DNA of 64,000 bases from Antedon mediterranea (taxonomy: Eukaryota; Animalia; Echinodermata). The stretch covers positions 12,462,001 to 12,526,000 of the forward strand of contig NC_092674.1 in the NCBI RefSeq assembly GCF_964355755.1, given 5' to 3'. A model generated the notes under the pieces. The model did no database searches and was not told where the DNA came from. It saw only the letters and a list, made by a program, of their open reading frames with translations. Shown one piece after another: positions 1 through 13,009 of this stretch. Each line of letters opens with the position of its first letter. The first letter of the stretch is position 1. The position numbers and the translations under genes are program-made.

Positions 1-249
1 TCAGGCAATTTTAAGCGTTTACAAAATTGCCATGAGTGCGCATATTTTTGCGCGCGCACTGCGCGTTAAATGTTGTTACCCACTCTTTTTGCCCGATTTC
101 TGTTTTCTTGACTTACTTTTCAACTCAAAATTACGTTATACGAGCACGTCAAAAGTGACAGGCTACGCACGTGTAAATTAAAAAATATAAATGTTTTTAA
201 ACATTTCAACATTTTTAAACATGTTCAGTAATTTCGGTCAGTATAGTTC

Positions 250-367
250 ACTATGTCGGTCGGTCGGTCTATCTGTCGGTCTGTCTGTCGGTCTGTCTGT
301 CGCTCTGTCTGTCAGTCCGGTATCACTATGCATTGTAGCACGCGACTTAATGGCCGTTGGCCTTGTT
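250..367 (+). repeat. (GTCY/GTCG)n microsatellite within a probable DINE-1/HINE-like non-autonomous Helentron element
   Basis: gtcggtcggtcggtctatctgtcggtctgtctgtc tract followed by cgcgacttaatggccgttggccttgttt; the family assignment is from recalled resemblance only. Confidence 0.45.
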
Positions 368-1068
368 TTAGATGAGATAACTACACTTTTTGATTTTGAC
401 CGACCGGTTTGTCTGAAAATCATAAATAATACTAAACCACCTGATCATAAACAATACAATACAATTAACTAGAGACTGTAGCGGCCCGTTGTGTTAAGAA
501 AGCCGAAAAATATCGTGCATAGCCATAATACGTGATTTTGGCCTTCTATCGACAGAACCTCCCGTAATCGGCCACTTTTCAATTTCATAAAATAAGGCAA
601 TTAATAGGAATTGATACCTTAGTGGTTATAAAAGCCCAGGTCTATAGTCTACTTTATTTAAGTGTGGTCAACAACATGAATTCCAGAAAAGTGAGTGCTA
701 AATTAAACTAAATTTGAACTCATCAAGCCCACATTTTTGTCGCAAATACTGTAGGAGCAAATCCAAGCGTAAGCAACTAAAGAAAAGATATATAGGCCTA
801 GCATAGATGTGATAAGTAAGCCCATCAATTACAATTTCCACGGTTGGTCCCTTTCGGAAAATAGAGAACCCTACGAACCCCTCTTGCTATGAGCTTGACC
901 TTCACCGTGACGAGTTCGAGTTATCCTCGTTAACGCATACCCTGCAACTAACATGAAATACACATACAGTACTCTATGACGCGAAAAAATAATGTTCATA
1001 GTGTTCTGAATTGTGTCGATCTATTCTGTGTCATACAATATTAAGTGCGAATAACCAATATAGTAAAG

Positions 1069-1470
1069 TGTAGTGAATTTATCTTTAGTTGGTTCCGAGC
1101 TTTCTCAGGCGTATATATTTTCACGCGACGTACACTGCTGTCACTGAATGATAACTCATACAAAAAGTATATTTAACTCAACTAGAACATTTATTCCTTG
1201 TAATTCGATTAATACATCTTTCTACCACTACCAGTCAAGCCTTAATATTTTCTTTATCATCTTTCCGTTTATCTACTCTGATCTTATTCTCTCTTCTCCT
1301 CTAATATCTATTACATTCTACTTTTATACTGGATATGCAAATTTTAGGCTTCAGAGGAGGATAACATTTTCCCTCCGAAAATTATACGATTTTGATTGGC
1401 TAATAATAAGGCGGACCTGGTCTAAAGCATCCTTCTCTAAACACAGAGAATCACAACATTTAATATGACA
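1069..1470 (-). repeat. 3' LTR
   Basis: Direct repeat of 6758-7159; only two substitutions noticed by eye. Confidence 0.95.
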
Positions 1471-1481
1471 TTCCCCTTTTT
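1471..1481 (-). other. Polypurine tract
   Basis: Minus strand AAAAAGGGGAA immediately precedes the TGTCA start of the 3' LTR. Confidence 0.85.
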
Positions 1482-1569
1482 GGGAAAAAGATTGTGTCAA
1501 TCTTTCCAAAAATTTAACATTTAAAACCATTTTACTATAAACTATCTACAAATAACACCTCTATAATAA

Positions 1570-4500
1570 TTATGCACGGCTTAATCCATCTGCATTTCCA
1601 TTTAATGACCCTTTCTTGTAAATAACTTTAAATTTATATCCTTGTAAAAACAGAGCCCATCTCATAAGTCTAACATTGGCACCCTTCATTGAGTCCATCC
1701 ATCTCAATGCCTGGTGGTCAGTATGAACTTGAAATTCACAACCATACAGATAATACTTAAGTTTATTGATAGCCCAAACAATAGAGAGGCACTCTTTTTC
1801 TGGCACAGAATATCTCTGCTCATACAGATAACTTTCTACTTAAGTACACAATGGGATAATCATTACCCTCACCATCTATTTGGCTCAGCACTGCACCTAT
1901 GCCATAATTTGAGGCATCGGTTTGCAATATAAACATCTTATCAAAATTTGGGGCTTTTAATACATTATCATCAGTAAGCCGTTTCTTTAAAGTTACAAAG
2001 GCATTTTCACATTGTTCATTCCACTTAACGGTATTACTTTTACTCTTTAAAGTTAAATCAATCAATGGCTTAGCAATATCGGCATAGTTCTGTACAAATT
2101 TTCTGTAATAGCCAGTTAATCCGAGAAATGATCGGACTTGTTTCTTAGACAAAGGTCTGGGGAACTTTTCCACAGCCTCAACCTTATCAATCATGGGTCT
2201 AATTTCTCCTTTACCAATCTTATGCCCCAGAAATTCTACCTGTGCATAGGCAATTTTACATTTCAAAGGCTTTGCTGTCAATCCAGCACTACTTAATCTT
2301 TCTAATACATCATTCAAATGAAAAATATGATCTTTCCAAGTTTGACTATAAATACATATGTCATCTATATATGCCTTAGCATATCCCTCAGTACCTTGTA
2401 ATACCTTATCCATTAATCTTTGAAAAGTACTAGAGCTATTTTGCATACCAAATGGAAGTACATTGTAACAATACTGTCCAAATTGTGTAATAAATGCTGA
2501 TTTGTCTTTGGTCTTAGGATCCAGAGGCACCTGGTAAAATCCTTTAGTTAGATCTAACGTAGTTATGTATATTGCGGATGATACCTCATCCAACATTTCG
2601 TCTATGCGAGGCATAACATAAGGGTCAAATTGTGTAGTCTTATTTAGTGATCTAAAATCTGTCACCATTCTAATTTGATTCTGGCCTTTCTTCAGGGCAA
2701 TAATAGGTGCAGCATAGGCACTAACTGTAGGTTCTATTATACCCATAGCCAACATACTATCTAATTCCTCTTTCAATTTACCCTTTAATGCTTGGGGCGT
2801 TCTATATGCCCTATGCCTTATAGGCATTTCACCATTAGTCTTAATTTCATGTGTCACTAAGTGAGTTCTACCTGGTACATCTGAGAATACATTCTGTTGG
2901 TACTTTAACAATTCTGTTAATTGTTTAGTTTGTGTATCATTTAAATTACTACTAACGTTAACATCTCTCCATGTTTGTGATTGATGATAAGACAATCCTA
3001 TGTCTATTTCACTATCTAACTCATTGTCATGGACTGTTTCATTTAAGTCTACTTCTTCTATCGACTGAACATTTGTTACTACATAATAACCATCTTTACT
3101 TATTTCTACTTTATCATACCATCACTTTAACATATTAACATGTAGAATTTGTTTTTCTTTTCTTCTACCTCCTATGTATATTTCATAATTTACATCATTG
3201 ACCTTTTTTGTAACAGTGAAGGGGTCTTGCCATTTACTGTCTAACTTACTATTTCCTACTGGAAGGAATATCAACACTTTGTCCCCTTCTACAAATTCTC
3301 TATCAATAGCATTCTTGTTATAATTGTGGGACATAATTTCTTGTTGTTCAAGTTTGTTTACATTAGCATCTTTCATTAATTCCTCCATTTTTTCTCTTAT
3401 TTCTAACATGTATTTGATAACATCAGTAGATGTTTCTTCATCTTCTACCCAATTACTTTTGAGTAAACTCAAGGGTCCCCTCACCTCTCTACCATAAAGC
3501 AATTTAAAAGGTGAATGGCCCGTCGCTTTACTAGGAACTTCTCTGTATGCAAACAGAAAGGGGGGTATGTAGTTATCCCAATTTTTTCTTTGCTTAACTG
3601 TAAGTGTCCTTATCATATTTTTCAATGTACCGTGAAATCTTTCGACAAGCCCATTGCTTTGGGGGTGGTACACTGTAGTCTTTAATTGATTAATCCCCAA
3701 CATACTACATATAGATTGCATAATTGAAGACATGAAATTAGTTCCTTGATCATGTACAATCTCTTCGGGTAATCCTACTCTAGTAAAGACTTCTATTAGA
3801 GCCCTGGCTACTGTTTCAGCTCTAACATTGGGTAACGGGATAGCATCCGGATATCTCGTAGCATAGTCAATTATAGTAAGCATGTATTTGTTATTACGGC
3901 TTGTTCTAGATAAGGGTCCAACAATGTCTATCGCTATACGTTTAAATGGTGTACTTATAATCGGTAATGGTATCAAAGTATGTTTCCTTTTACTTTTACC
4001 CTTTTCTACCTTTTGGCATTCCTTACAGACTTTACAATAGACTACCACATCTTTAAATATACCTGGCCAATAGAATTGGTTCAGGACCCTACTTTTAGTT
4101 TTCTCAACACCCATGTGACCTGCAAATGGCACATTATGACCTAAGTGTAATACACCCTGTCTACACTTAGTGGGTAATACAATCTGTTCCACTTGGTTAT
4201 TCTTATCTTTAATACTACTCCAATTTCTCATCAATATACCTTGTCTCATAAAGAAACATACCCTATGCTGACCTATTTCTTCTATAGGGACTACCCTGTC
4301 AAACACTCCTTTGAGTGAGTCATCCTTAGTTTGCAATTTGATCAGTTCTTGTTTAGTTAGGTTCAGCTTGTGCTGTTGTTCATAAGTTTTATGTTTGACT
4401 GTTTTATCTTTAGCTTTATCCTCATTTTCGTCAAACAAATTATTCATTTCTGTTCCATTCATATCATCTAAACACTTAGTTTTATTTACTTTGTTGTCAT

Positions 4501-6199
4501 TTACTACTGTTTTCAACAACTGTACATTAGTTTCTTTAGGCGGCTCTTCTATCGGCTTAAAGTTACTATCTTTCCCTAACAATATCATTTCGTCTTGTAT
4601 TCTAACATCATTTTCTATTCTGGCTTGCTCCCTAGTTAGGACGAACATTTCTTTAGCCATTGTTTCCCCACAATTCTGGTCCAAATCATGACCCAATAAC
4701 ATGTCCCTCTGTAATCCTTCGATTACGGCTACAATCACTTTTCCTGTCACTATCTTACTTTCTATAGCTACCTCAGCTAAGGGGACGGTAATATCGCCTC
4801 CTATACCTCTTAACGTAACCCATTTTCCTGGCAAGTAACATTTGTTAGGCACTAGACTTTCCTTAACAGCTGACTGGGTACATCCCGAGTCTCTTAGCAT
4901 AGTTATATCCTGTCCTTCTAATTTTCCTGTTATAGTACACTTCTCCATTTTATTTTCTACACTATCCATAACTACTTGGGGTCTATCTGATTTTATTTCT
5001 TCACATCTTAAGCCATCTTTCACATTCGGGCCCTTCTTAGTGTCACTAGTCTTTCCTTTTGCTACCATCTTAGGACAATCCCCTATTTTATGTCCCTTCT
5101 CCTTACAATTAAAGCATAGGCCATTAATCCATTCATTTGAAGGTTCTCTCTGTTGGAAATGTCTACCATAGTTATGGAATTTGCCTCCCCTTCCGCGATA
5201 CCTATTGTATCCTTGCTGCCTAGCTCCAGGGTTATTCTGAGTCGTACTATTCTTAGGTTTACTATTTTCTTGGCCCTTATAATACGTAGGCTTATTTTCA
5301 GAATTTACGGCATTCCAATAGCCACGGCCACCTCTATTAGCTATATAATCATCGGCTATCATAGCCATATCATAGCTCTTATTTACTTGTTTATCTCTAA
5401 GATAAAGCCTCAGATCTTCAGGCATTTTATCAAGTGCCTGTTCCATTATAATCATTTCAATAATGCCTGCAGCATCATCTTCTTTTACATTAGCACATTT
5501 CATCCAACATTTTAAATAATGGGAGAGCTCATTCAGCCATTCCCTGATGGACATATCTTTAACTCTGTTTGAATTTCTAAATTTAAGTCTGTAGGTCTCT
5601 GCGGACACATCATACTTTTCTAAGATTGCCTTCTTTAAGGTATCATAATCTACACATTCTTTTACGGTTAAGGAGGCATATGCTGTCCTAGCTTTACCAG
5701 ACAGTTCAGGTGCTAACCTAGCGGACCACGTATTCTTATCCCAACCTGTGGCTTCTGCCAAGTGTTCAAATGTTCTAAAATATATATCAATATCATCTGA
5801 TTCCTTCAAAGTAGGAACCTTTACCTTCATTTCATCTACTATATTCCTAGCATTACTGTAGCTAGACCTATTTTCTAATTCCATCATTTTCACTCTTTCT
5901 TGTGATTCAATTTTTCTTTGCTCTATATCTATTTTCTTTTGCTCTATATCTGCTTTTAATTGGTCTTGTTGGTATTGTAATTCTAACTTTTTGTTTTCGT
6001 CCTCGAACTTCATTCGAAAATATTCGAGCATCATATCTTTAGGCATACCGCCGGGTATTTCGGGCAAATCAATATCCCTAGCCATGTTATCATACATTTT
6101 ATTGACTTGGTCAACCTCTTCTTGGTCAACCATATCTTCCCTAGTATCTTTTTCTGACATAGTCTTATCTATATTTTTACCAGATCTTAAAGTTGTCAT
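1570..6199 (-). pseudogene. gag-pol polyprotein (SCAN-like capsid, CCHC knuckle, aspartic protease, integrase, RT, RNase H) with one nonsense codon and one frameshift
   Basis: CFNCKEKGHKIGDC; LRDSGC; H2C2 plus IAIDIVGP/DQGTNF/NGLVERF integrase; LDLTKGF/PFGMQNS/YIDDI RT; QTDAS, EKECL, TDHQAL and NADGLSR RNase H. TGA at 3122-3124 is in frame with the RT ORF; frameshift near 1822. Confidence 0.93.
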
Positions 6200-6743
6200 G
6201 CTATCATGCTAATAACAATTTTACTAATGAAATATGTAAACTTATGTATACAAAATATGTTATAAAAGTATTTGTATTACCTTGATTCCATTCAGATATG
6301 TAAAAATATGAAATCCACATAAATTTTTAAATGCAATACAATATAAGACATTAATTTACTTCAAAGTCACAAACAACGTTCCAAGTTCGCTCCGTACAAA
6401 AATTTACTTTCGAAATAAAAATTAGTTTACAAAGTCAGCTTTGCAAATCTTCTCCAAATTTCTGGGCTTCCTTCTGTTACTTCAGTCTTCTTCTTTCAGA
6501 CCTCGGTGAATATATACAGTATCTCCGATGAATATCCAGCAGTCTTGAGTAGGTACCTTGAGCTCAACAGTACTTCTTCTTCGTTGTAATATCCAAACAA
6601 CGCACGGTATAAAAACTGTCAGGAATCCAGATCTTCGTAACCATTTAACTTTTTGGTTACTGATTTAACAGGCCCGTAGAGTAGGCACTGTCACTTCTTC
6701 TTCTTCTTCTTCTTGATACTTAAATCATGTAAACAAAAATTTT

Positions 6744-6757
6744 CACCGCTGCCACCA
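6744..6757 (-). other. Primer binding site, tRNA-Leu type
   Basis: Minus strand TGGTGGCAGCGGTG abuts the 5' LTR and is complementary to the tRNA-Leu 3' end ...CACCGCTGCCACCA. Confidence 0.8.
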
Positions 6758-7159
6758 TGTAGTGAATTTATCTTTAGTTGGTTCCGAGCTTTCTCAGGCG
6801 TATATATTTTCACGCGACGTACACTGCTGTCACTGAATGATAACTCATACAAAAAGTATATTTAACTCAACTAGAACATTTATTTCTTGTAATTCGATTA
6901 ATACATCTTTCTACCACTACCAGTCAAGCCTTAATATTTTCTTTATCATCTTTCCGTTTATCTACTCTGATCTTATTCTCTCTTCTCCTCTAATATCTAT
7001 TACATTCTACTTTTATACTGGATATGCAAATTTTAGGCTTCAGAGGAGGATAACATTTTCCCTCCGAAAATTATACGATTTTGATTGGCTAATAATAAGG
7101 CGGACCTGGTCTAAAGCATCCTTCTCTAAACACAGAGAATCACAACATTTAATACGACA
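6758..7159 (-). repeat. 5' LTR
   Basis: Direct repeat of 1069-1470, followed on the minus strand by the PBS. Confidence 0.95.
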
Positions 7160-7699
7160 TAAAGGTTAATTCTATTCTGTTCCGTTTATTCACTAAAGCC
7201 TAAATTTCAATCAGATATGTTACTTTTCACTATGAAAATCGGTTCTTTTTAGTGGGCTGAATTATTAACATGAATTGATTTAAACGGCCACCAACTGTCA
7301 GTACTCAGTTTAATAAAACTAAATCCCACTTGTACAGAGCATTTAACATGAAAACTTTTACAGATACAATATCATTTCACTATAAATCTTTGATATCATG
7401 TGTATATAAACAACACTGGATGTGTTTACAATTGCCATGTCACGGGAATACGGTTGAGTTTCATAGGAAACAAAGTTGCAGCGATTATAAGTTTCTGAAA
7501 TATACTGTAGTGCTGCTGTGTTATCGGAGAAAGTATATAATCTATATAATCAGTATGTTATAGGCGTCACTTTACTGATATCCTTTTTCTTTTTAAGATT
7601 TTCAATTCTAATATAATTAATACTGACAATTTATTTAATATTCGTAATCCAAAACGTGTTACTCGTAGCTCTTCTTCTGTTGGTACTCTTTTTGATATT

Positions 7700-8071
7700 C
7701 GTCGCTGCAGAACTGAATCTTCTTTTCAATCATATCCCACGTATTACCAGAATTTGGAATAACTTACCCAGTGAAATCCGCAACTTAAATATTTCTGTTA
7801 GTTCTTTTAAAACCAAATTACTGAATTATCTCAATATTTATTTTTGAAATAATTTTGATATTGAAAAAGTGTGTAGTTGGTCGCTTTCTTGTAGATGCTT
7901 TAATATTGTAGAACGTAATTTATTTACTTTTCTTATATTTTTCTGTTCTGGTTTGACCAACTAGCATAGGTGTTTAGCACCTGTTTGGTCTTTCCGTGCT
8001 TCCTTTTATAATTGTTTTGTCTTCTTTGTTATGTATATGGCAGAAATTGAATAAATAAATAAATAAATAAA
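7700..8071 (+). mobile_element. CR1/L2-group LINE 3' remnant
   Basis: PRITRIWNNLPSEIR...SFKTKL C-terminal motif, 3' stem-loop and (AATA)n tail; copies at ~36560-36895 and ~40355-40658. Confidence 0.65.
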
Positions 8072-9061
8072 CACAGTATGTATTCAATTATCTCAACACA
8101 AATACCAATTGAAATGCCATGGTTTCTGTGATTAGTTCTTTAGTTCTTTTAAATATGTCTACTATAATCTTTCCATCTCTTCTGAAAACTGTTTTCAATA
8201 CAATCAATTGCCTGTTGTAGATACAAACAAGGAAAATGCTTATTCGTCATTACTAACAAGTAAGTTATCAAGGATAGTTATTTCTTCAGGTTGATGTACT
8301 TACATTTCCATCACATAACCCTTACCTTCTATCACGTAAAGTATTAAGAGTACACGCCTGTTCATGTGCGCCATATTATTGCTCATATATTCTTTACTAA
8401 AATAATTTTGCAAGCACGTTTAATGTATTGATTCAACATTACTTTGTTTATCAATATTGGGGTTGTATATTCATATGAAGTAATAATATTAACAAGGTCA
8501 ACACTCGGGAAACCAAATTTTCTGGAAAAAATTGAGACTGCATGACATTTTTTTCTGTTATTAACCATAATAGGAAGTATAAATAAAATGTCAACTATTG
8601 CTATATTTTGTGGTTAAAGGTCACCAAATACAGGCCAAAATACCAAAAAATCATATTTTAAAAATAAAACCATTATAATGGTTTAGATTCACGGTGATTC
8701 TAGAAACAGCAGCGAATTTATCAAAACTGTTGTTTTTGCTCTTTTAAATTGAAATTTCATGGTTTCTCCCAGTTTCCATGGTTACAAGACACTATTAAAA
8801 TTTACCAAACATAACATTATTAGTGGATTTATATTTAAGATGTCTTCTTCCTAAACAATATTAAACAGTTTGGATTGCCAAATTTACCATTTTTTGACTT
8901 TGAATTGATTCTGTCACACTGTGCCATGGGCCAAGAGCTATTCCTTTATTATTCTATTTTTTTTTTAATCGGTAATCGTGACCCTTTATAAGTTGTTGTA
9001 TAATATGATGTGCCAGCGTGCTACGTTCTAGACATTGGAATAGTAAACAACTAATAGTAAA

Positions 9062-10518
9062 AAGAACTTTAAATGAATTGTAAACGTCTGTCCAGCATTA
9101 GATATAATCTTAAAATTCTCTTCTGGAAAGAGGTAATAGATGTATGGAGTAATTTTATTTCTATTCATTATCCAAAGTATGTTGACGAGCTATTACGAAT
9201 GCAAGTTTGGAATAATGAAGTAATAAGAATAATATACGGCCATACTGCGTTGAAACACCGGTTCTCGTCAGATCACCGAAGTTAAGCAACGTTGGGCCCG
9301 GTTGCGTTCTGGATGGGAGACCGTCTTTGTGGCGGGTGCTGTATATACTGGAGAGTGATGGTGTAATGGTAATATCTGAATAGCATGTAATAGGCATGGG
9401 TTCGAGGTTATCTGTACCATACTAATTGCATCCTTAGGCAAGATGCTTTACTCTCATTGCCTAATCTTGTAGGCGCTGCACTGCTGGCTGCCGTGGGTCC
9501 GTGGAGGGCCTAATTTCCTCACTGAGGACAAATATTAATACAAAATACAAAAAAAAAAATACAACGAATGTATAAGATATGGAAATTGGGAAAAAGCAGG
9601 TATTCTGTTTGTTAATGATTTGTTTAAAAGCAATGGGCAATTTATGAATAAAAAAGAAGTCGAAGATACCTATGGAATTAAGATAAACTATATAAAATCA
9701 ATAGGATTAAGAAGGCTTCTGATGGAAATAAATAACAATTTAATGATATGTGAAATAAAAAAAAACCAGTTTTGCCGGATATTCCATTTCATATAACAAG
9801 TACTCTTTCAACAAAGAAAGGGATGTCGTATTTGTTATGATGTTTTAAATAACTCAATGTTTAAATCATGAACAGGACAAAAGAAATGGGCAGAGAATAA
9901 ATTTGTATTCAATAACGAACAATTGAAAGCTATCTACCTAGCTCCATATACGTGTACAATGAATATTGTTTTAATATATTTACAATATAAAATTGTAAAC
10001 AGAATAATTGCAACAAATGAACAATTATTTAAAATGAATATAAAAGAAACTTCAATGTGCTCATTTAGAGATGGTAAAATCGAAACCAATTAGCATTTGT
10101 TCTGTAATTGTGCAATAGTAAAAAGGATATGGAACCTTCTCCAGGAAAAAATTTCAGAAAAAACTGGAGTGCAATTTATTTTTAGTAAATAGAGCATAAT
10201 TTTTGGATACCTTGATGCGCATCAGTTTTTTATTCTAATTGTAAAATCATTTATTTATAAATGTAAACTAGTTAAATGCCAAATATCAAAATGGTAATGA
10301 ACGAGTTAAAAAGGTTTTATGAAACGGAAAAATGTATTTATCATCAGAATTTCCAGGACAGTATTTTAAATAGAAAATGGATAAAATTAGAAGCATTTAT
10401 AAATCAGATGGATATCTTTGTTGTTTTTGTTTGTTTTTATATTTTTTATTTGATTATGTTTTTCCTTTGTAATGTATTATATGATGAAAAAAATAAATAA
10501 ATAAAAAAATAAAAAAAT
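9062..10518 (+). mobile_element. Tx1/L1-like LINE 3' fragment, interrupted by a SINE
   Basis: WNNEVIRI; FQYKIVNRIIATN...CSF...ET..HLFCNC zf-RVT-like motif (most intact in copy 3); A-rich tail. Confidence 0.75.
9232..9561 (+). mobile_element. Chimeric SINE with a 5S rRNA-derived head, tRNA-like segment, CORE-like box and A-rich tail
   Basis: 9232-9346 resembles 5S rRNA (tacggccatac...gatcaccgaagttaagcaacg...ggatgggagacc). Then tggtgtaatgg (A box), ggttcgag (B box) and ccttaggcaagatgctttac. Absent from the paralogous sites near 37948 and 41838. Confidence 0.8.
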
Positions 10519-10986
10519 AGTAAACAACCAAATAAAAGTGACATTGGGCAGACTTGTAAATGGTAGTTGCGAATGAATTGCAGTTTCTTACAAAGGGAGC
10601 ATACCGCCTCTCGAAACTACGTATTTTGGTACCTGTATGTGTATAGCATGGCCCCCGGTTGTCGACGCGTGAGCTGGGCCAACTTCTAAATATATTTACT
10701 CTATAAATATTTCTTACAGAGGGACACCGCCAGATTAAGTGCGTCCTATCACTAGTAAGTAACTTGATTCAGATTTCTAACTAAAGGACAGATATTGACG
10801 CGTAAACCACAATGAAAATTAGTTTGTCAATTAGTTGACGTTTTACTGTAATATTAAATATATTTGTTACTAGAAATTAGTTTGATAAAATATATTTTAC
10901 AAAATTAGTAGACCTAATCGTTTTCCCCTAATAAATTAAGGGGGTGGGGGGGGGGACACGTGTTTGTTTATGAGTGAGAATCAATA

Positions 10987-11191
10987 AGGCATTTAATTAA
11001 AATGCAGACCGTCTTAAATTACATTGACATGTTACGATAAATATATTCTCATCATCAGAACTGTAATCAAAGCCTAGAGTACTTGTATACGTACAAAGTT
11101 GCGTTTAAATAAGTCAATAATTAGCATGAGAATAGATTTATCGAAACATGTCACGTAATTTTAAGACGGTCCACATTTTCATTAAATGCCT
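10987..11191. mobile_element. MITE with ~55-bp imperfect TIRs, flanked by TA
   Basis: aggcatttaattaaaatgcagaccgtcttaaattac... / ...gtaattttaagacggtccacattttcattaaatgcct; copies near 39380-39585 and 43316-43520. Confidence 0.65.
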
Positions 11192-13009
11192 TATGATATT
11201 ATTTGATTATCAATCGTAATTTGGTGGTATTATACATGATGTGCCTGTTTATGTACAGTGAAAGAGCTTATTTTAGTATCCTATAGTAATATATTTTCTA
11301 TATAAGATCATTTGTTATTTTCAATTCGGCGAGGTCCGATGGCATTCGTGACTGCCGGAACAACGCAACAAAAATGAAAAACAAAAATGGCATGTTGTGT
11401 TTTCTGTAGGCCTATACAGTAATTAGTTTCACAGAAACCACCATTGACAGTAGCAGAATTGGGTGTTTATTTCAAGCTCACATAAACGGGCAAAGAAATC
11501 CTCGTCATTAAAAAAAAAACATTATTTAAGCTTATTCACTATAGTATATTTAAATTATCTACTTATTAATTTATTTATATATTGTTTTCTCTTTTTACTT
11601 GGTTCGATAAAACATGTTACCGAGAAACGGAAAACATTCTAGTTGAAATTGTTTATGTTAATTATACCCACAGATTGTACAATTTTCTTTATACTTAATT
11701 AGGTACTCTTTTTGTACTGTTGGGAATTGATAAATATTTCAGTTCAATTATTTTCCAAAATAGTGGTACACAACAATGAAAGAAAATGTGAAAACAACAT
11801 TTTGTTAAGTTCTTGTCAATATTAATATTCTTGCGACTGAGGTGAACTTCGAAAATGCCGGTCAGATATAAAAAAAAAAGTTACAAGGAATAAATTAGCA
11901 ATTGTCAACTGCGTACTCATCCATCAAACTAGCCGCCAAATATTTAATTCCATGAATCTTATGAGGGTTAGTTTTTTAGGAACAATAGTACCTTTTTTAT
12001 TTGTTTTGGCAATTAATGCAATTAAAGCGTAATTAATTCGACATATTCAATTTGGAATAATATGTCCTGTAAAATGACTAGAATGTTCTGATTTGTTAAT
12101 TTTTAAATGATATTATATACAGAATTATATAATTATTATTTAAAATGTTCGGGTGGCTTCCATGTATGCGGCTTTTGGCCTTAATGGAAGTCCTTTTGTA
12201 TATTTTTTGCTTTGTATTTTTTTAATGGATCAAATAAACTGACTTGTGTGACTGGTATCTCGCCGCCTTTCCACGTATCATTTTATCGCATTCCATCATA
12301 TTACTATTGAAACCGAATTTAAACATTTTAACAAGCTCTTCACAAAATGCCAAGATACATTAAAAGAACGCTCATCGCCAGATCTATGTATAGTAATCAG
12401 AAATATTCAAACAAAAATGATGTTGTTGTGATGTCTGTGGTGGGTGTTAGGTGTGGCGGCGTTCATTTGGGGAGTCATTTGTTGGTAACATTTTATAATA
12501 AAATAGATTCCCTTAGATAGGAACAAGTACAACACCGTATTTGATATTATCTAGAAGTGATAACAGTTAAAAGTTGTATGAAAAAGCTTGGTAGATAAAT
12601 ATGATATAGCAGTCAATGAATTATTCAACAAGTATAATTGTGTTTGTTTATAATACAATATTGTGTGTATAAATGTACGTTGCGCGGCGTTTATTAGAGG
12701 GTGGAGGCTTGATATTTCAAAGATGTTTTTTGGGGAGGGGGCGTTTATTCAAATAAATGCGGTAGGCTTAATTGGTATAATCAATACATTATTTAGTTCT
12801 AATCAAACACCAAATAATGAAAATCATCAGTGAACTGTTTCGGCATAAGGAAAACGTTTTAAACGGCTTGCAGCATTGGTCAAACCACTCCGTGTCTCAA
12901 TAGCGATACAGTACATGCAGAGTATCAGAACGTACCAGTTCCAGAAACGGATGAAATACGAATTTAATTAAGTATTAAAGCAAACATAACAACGGACGAA
13001 GATTAATTG

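Larger units (their letters stand above)
1069..7159 (-). mobile_element. Full-length Gypsy LTR retrotransposon, Gmr1-like (gag-PR-IN-RT-RH order)
   Basis: Two 402-bp TG...CA LTRs; 5-bp TSD TAAAG (1064-1068, 7160-7164); PBS and PPT present; domain order read from the ORFs. Confidence 0.95.
7565..12210 (+). repeat. Segmental duplication block, copy 1 of 3
   Basis: Colinear high similarity to 34976-39700 and 40355-44610; ends approximate. Confidence 0.9.

Noticed and set aside
191-472. ORFs with repeated LSVG / TDRP peptides
   Set aside because: Translation of a tetranucleotide microsatellite.
1148-1468. Duplicated 106/110-aa ORFs (also 6837-7169)
   Set aside because: They lie antisense inside the LTRs, have low-complexity composition and show no recognisable domain.
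4395-5515. Plus-strand ORFs within the LTR element, and minus-strand ORFs at 57598-59292
   Set aside because: Antisense shadows of long retroelement reading frames.
9232-9346. Functional 5S rRNA gene
   Set aside because: Diverged internal positions, no T-run terminator, fused to a SINE body and inserted in a LINE remnant.
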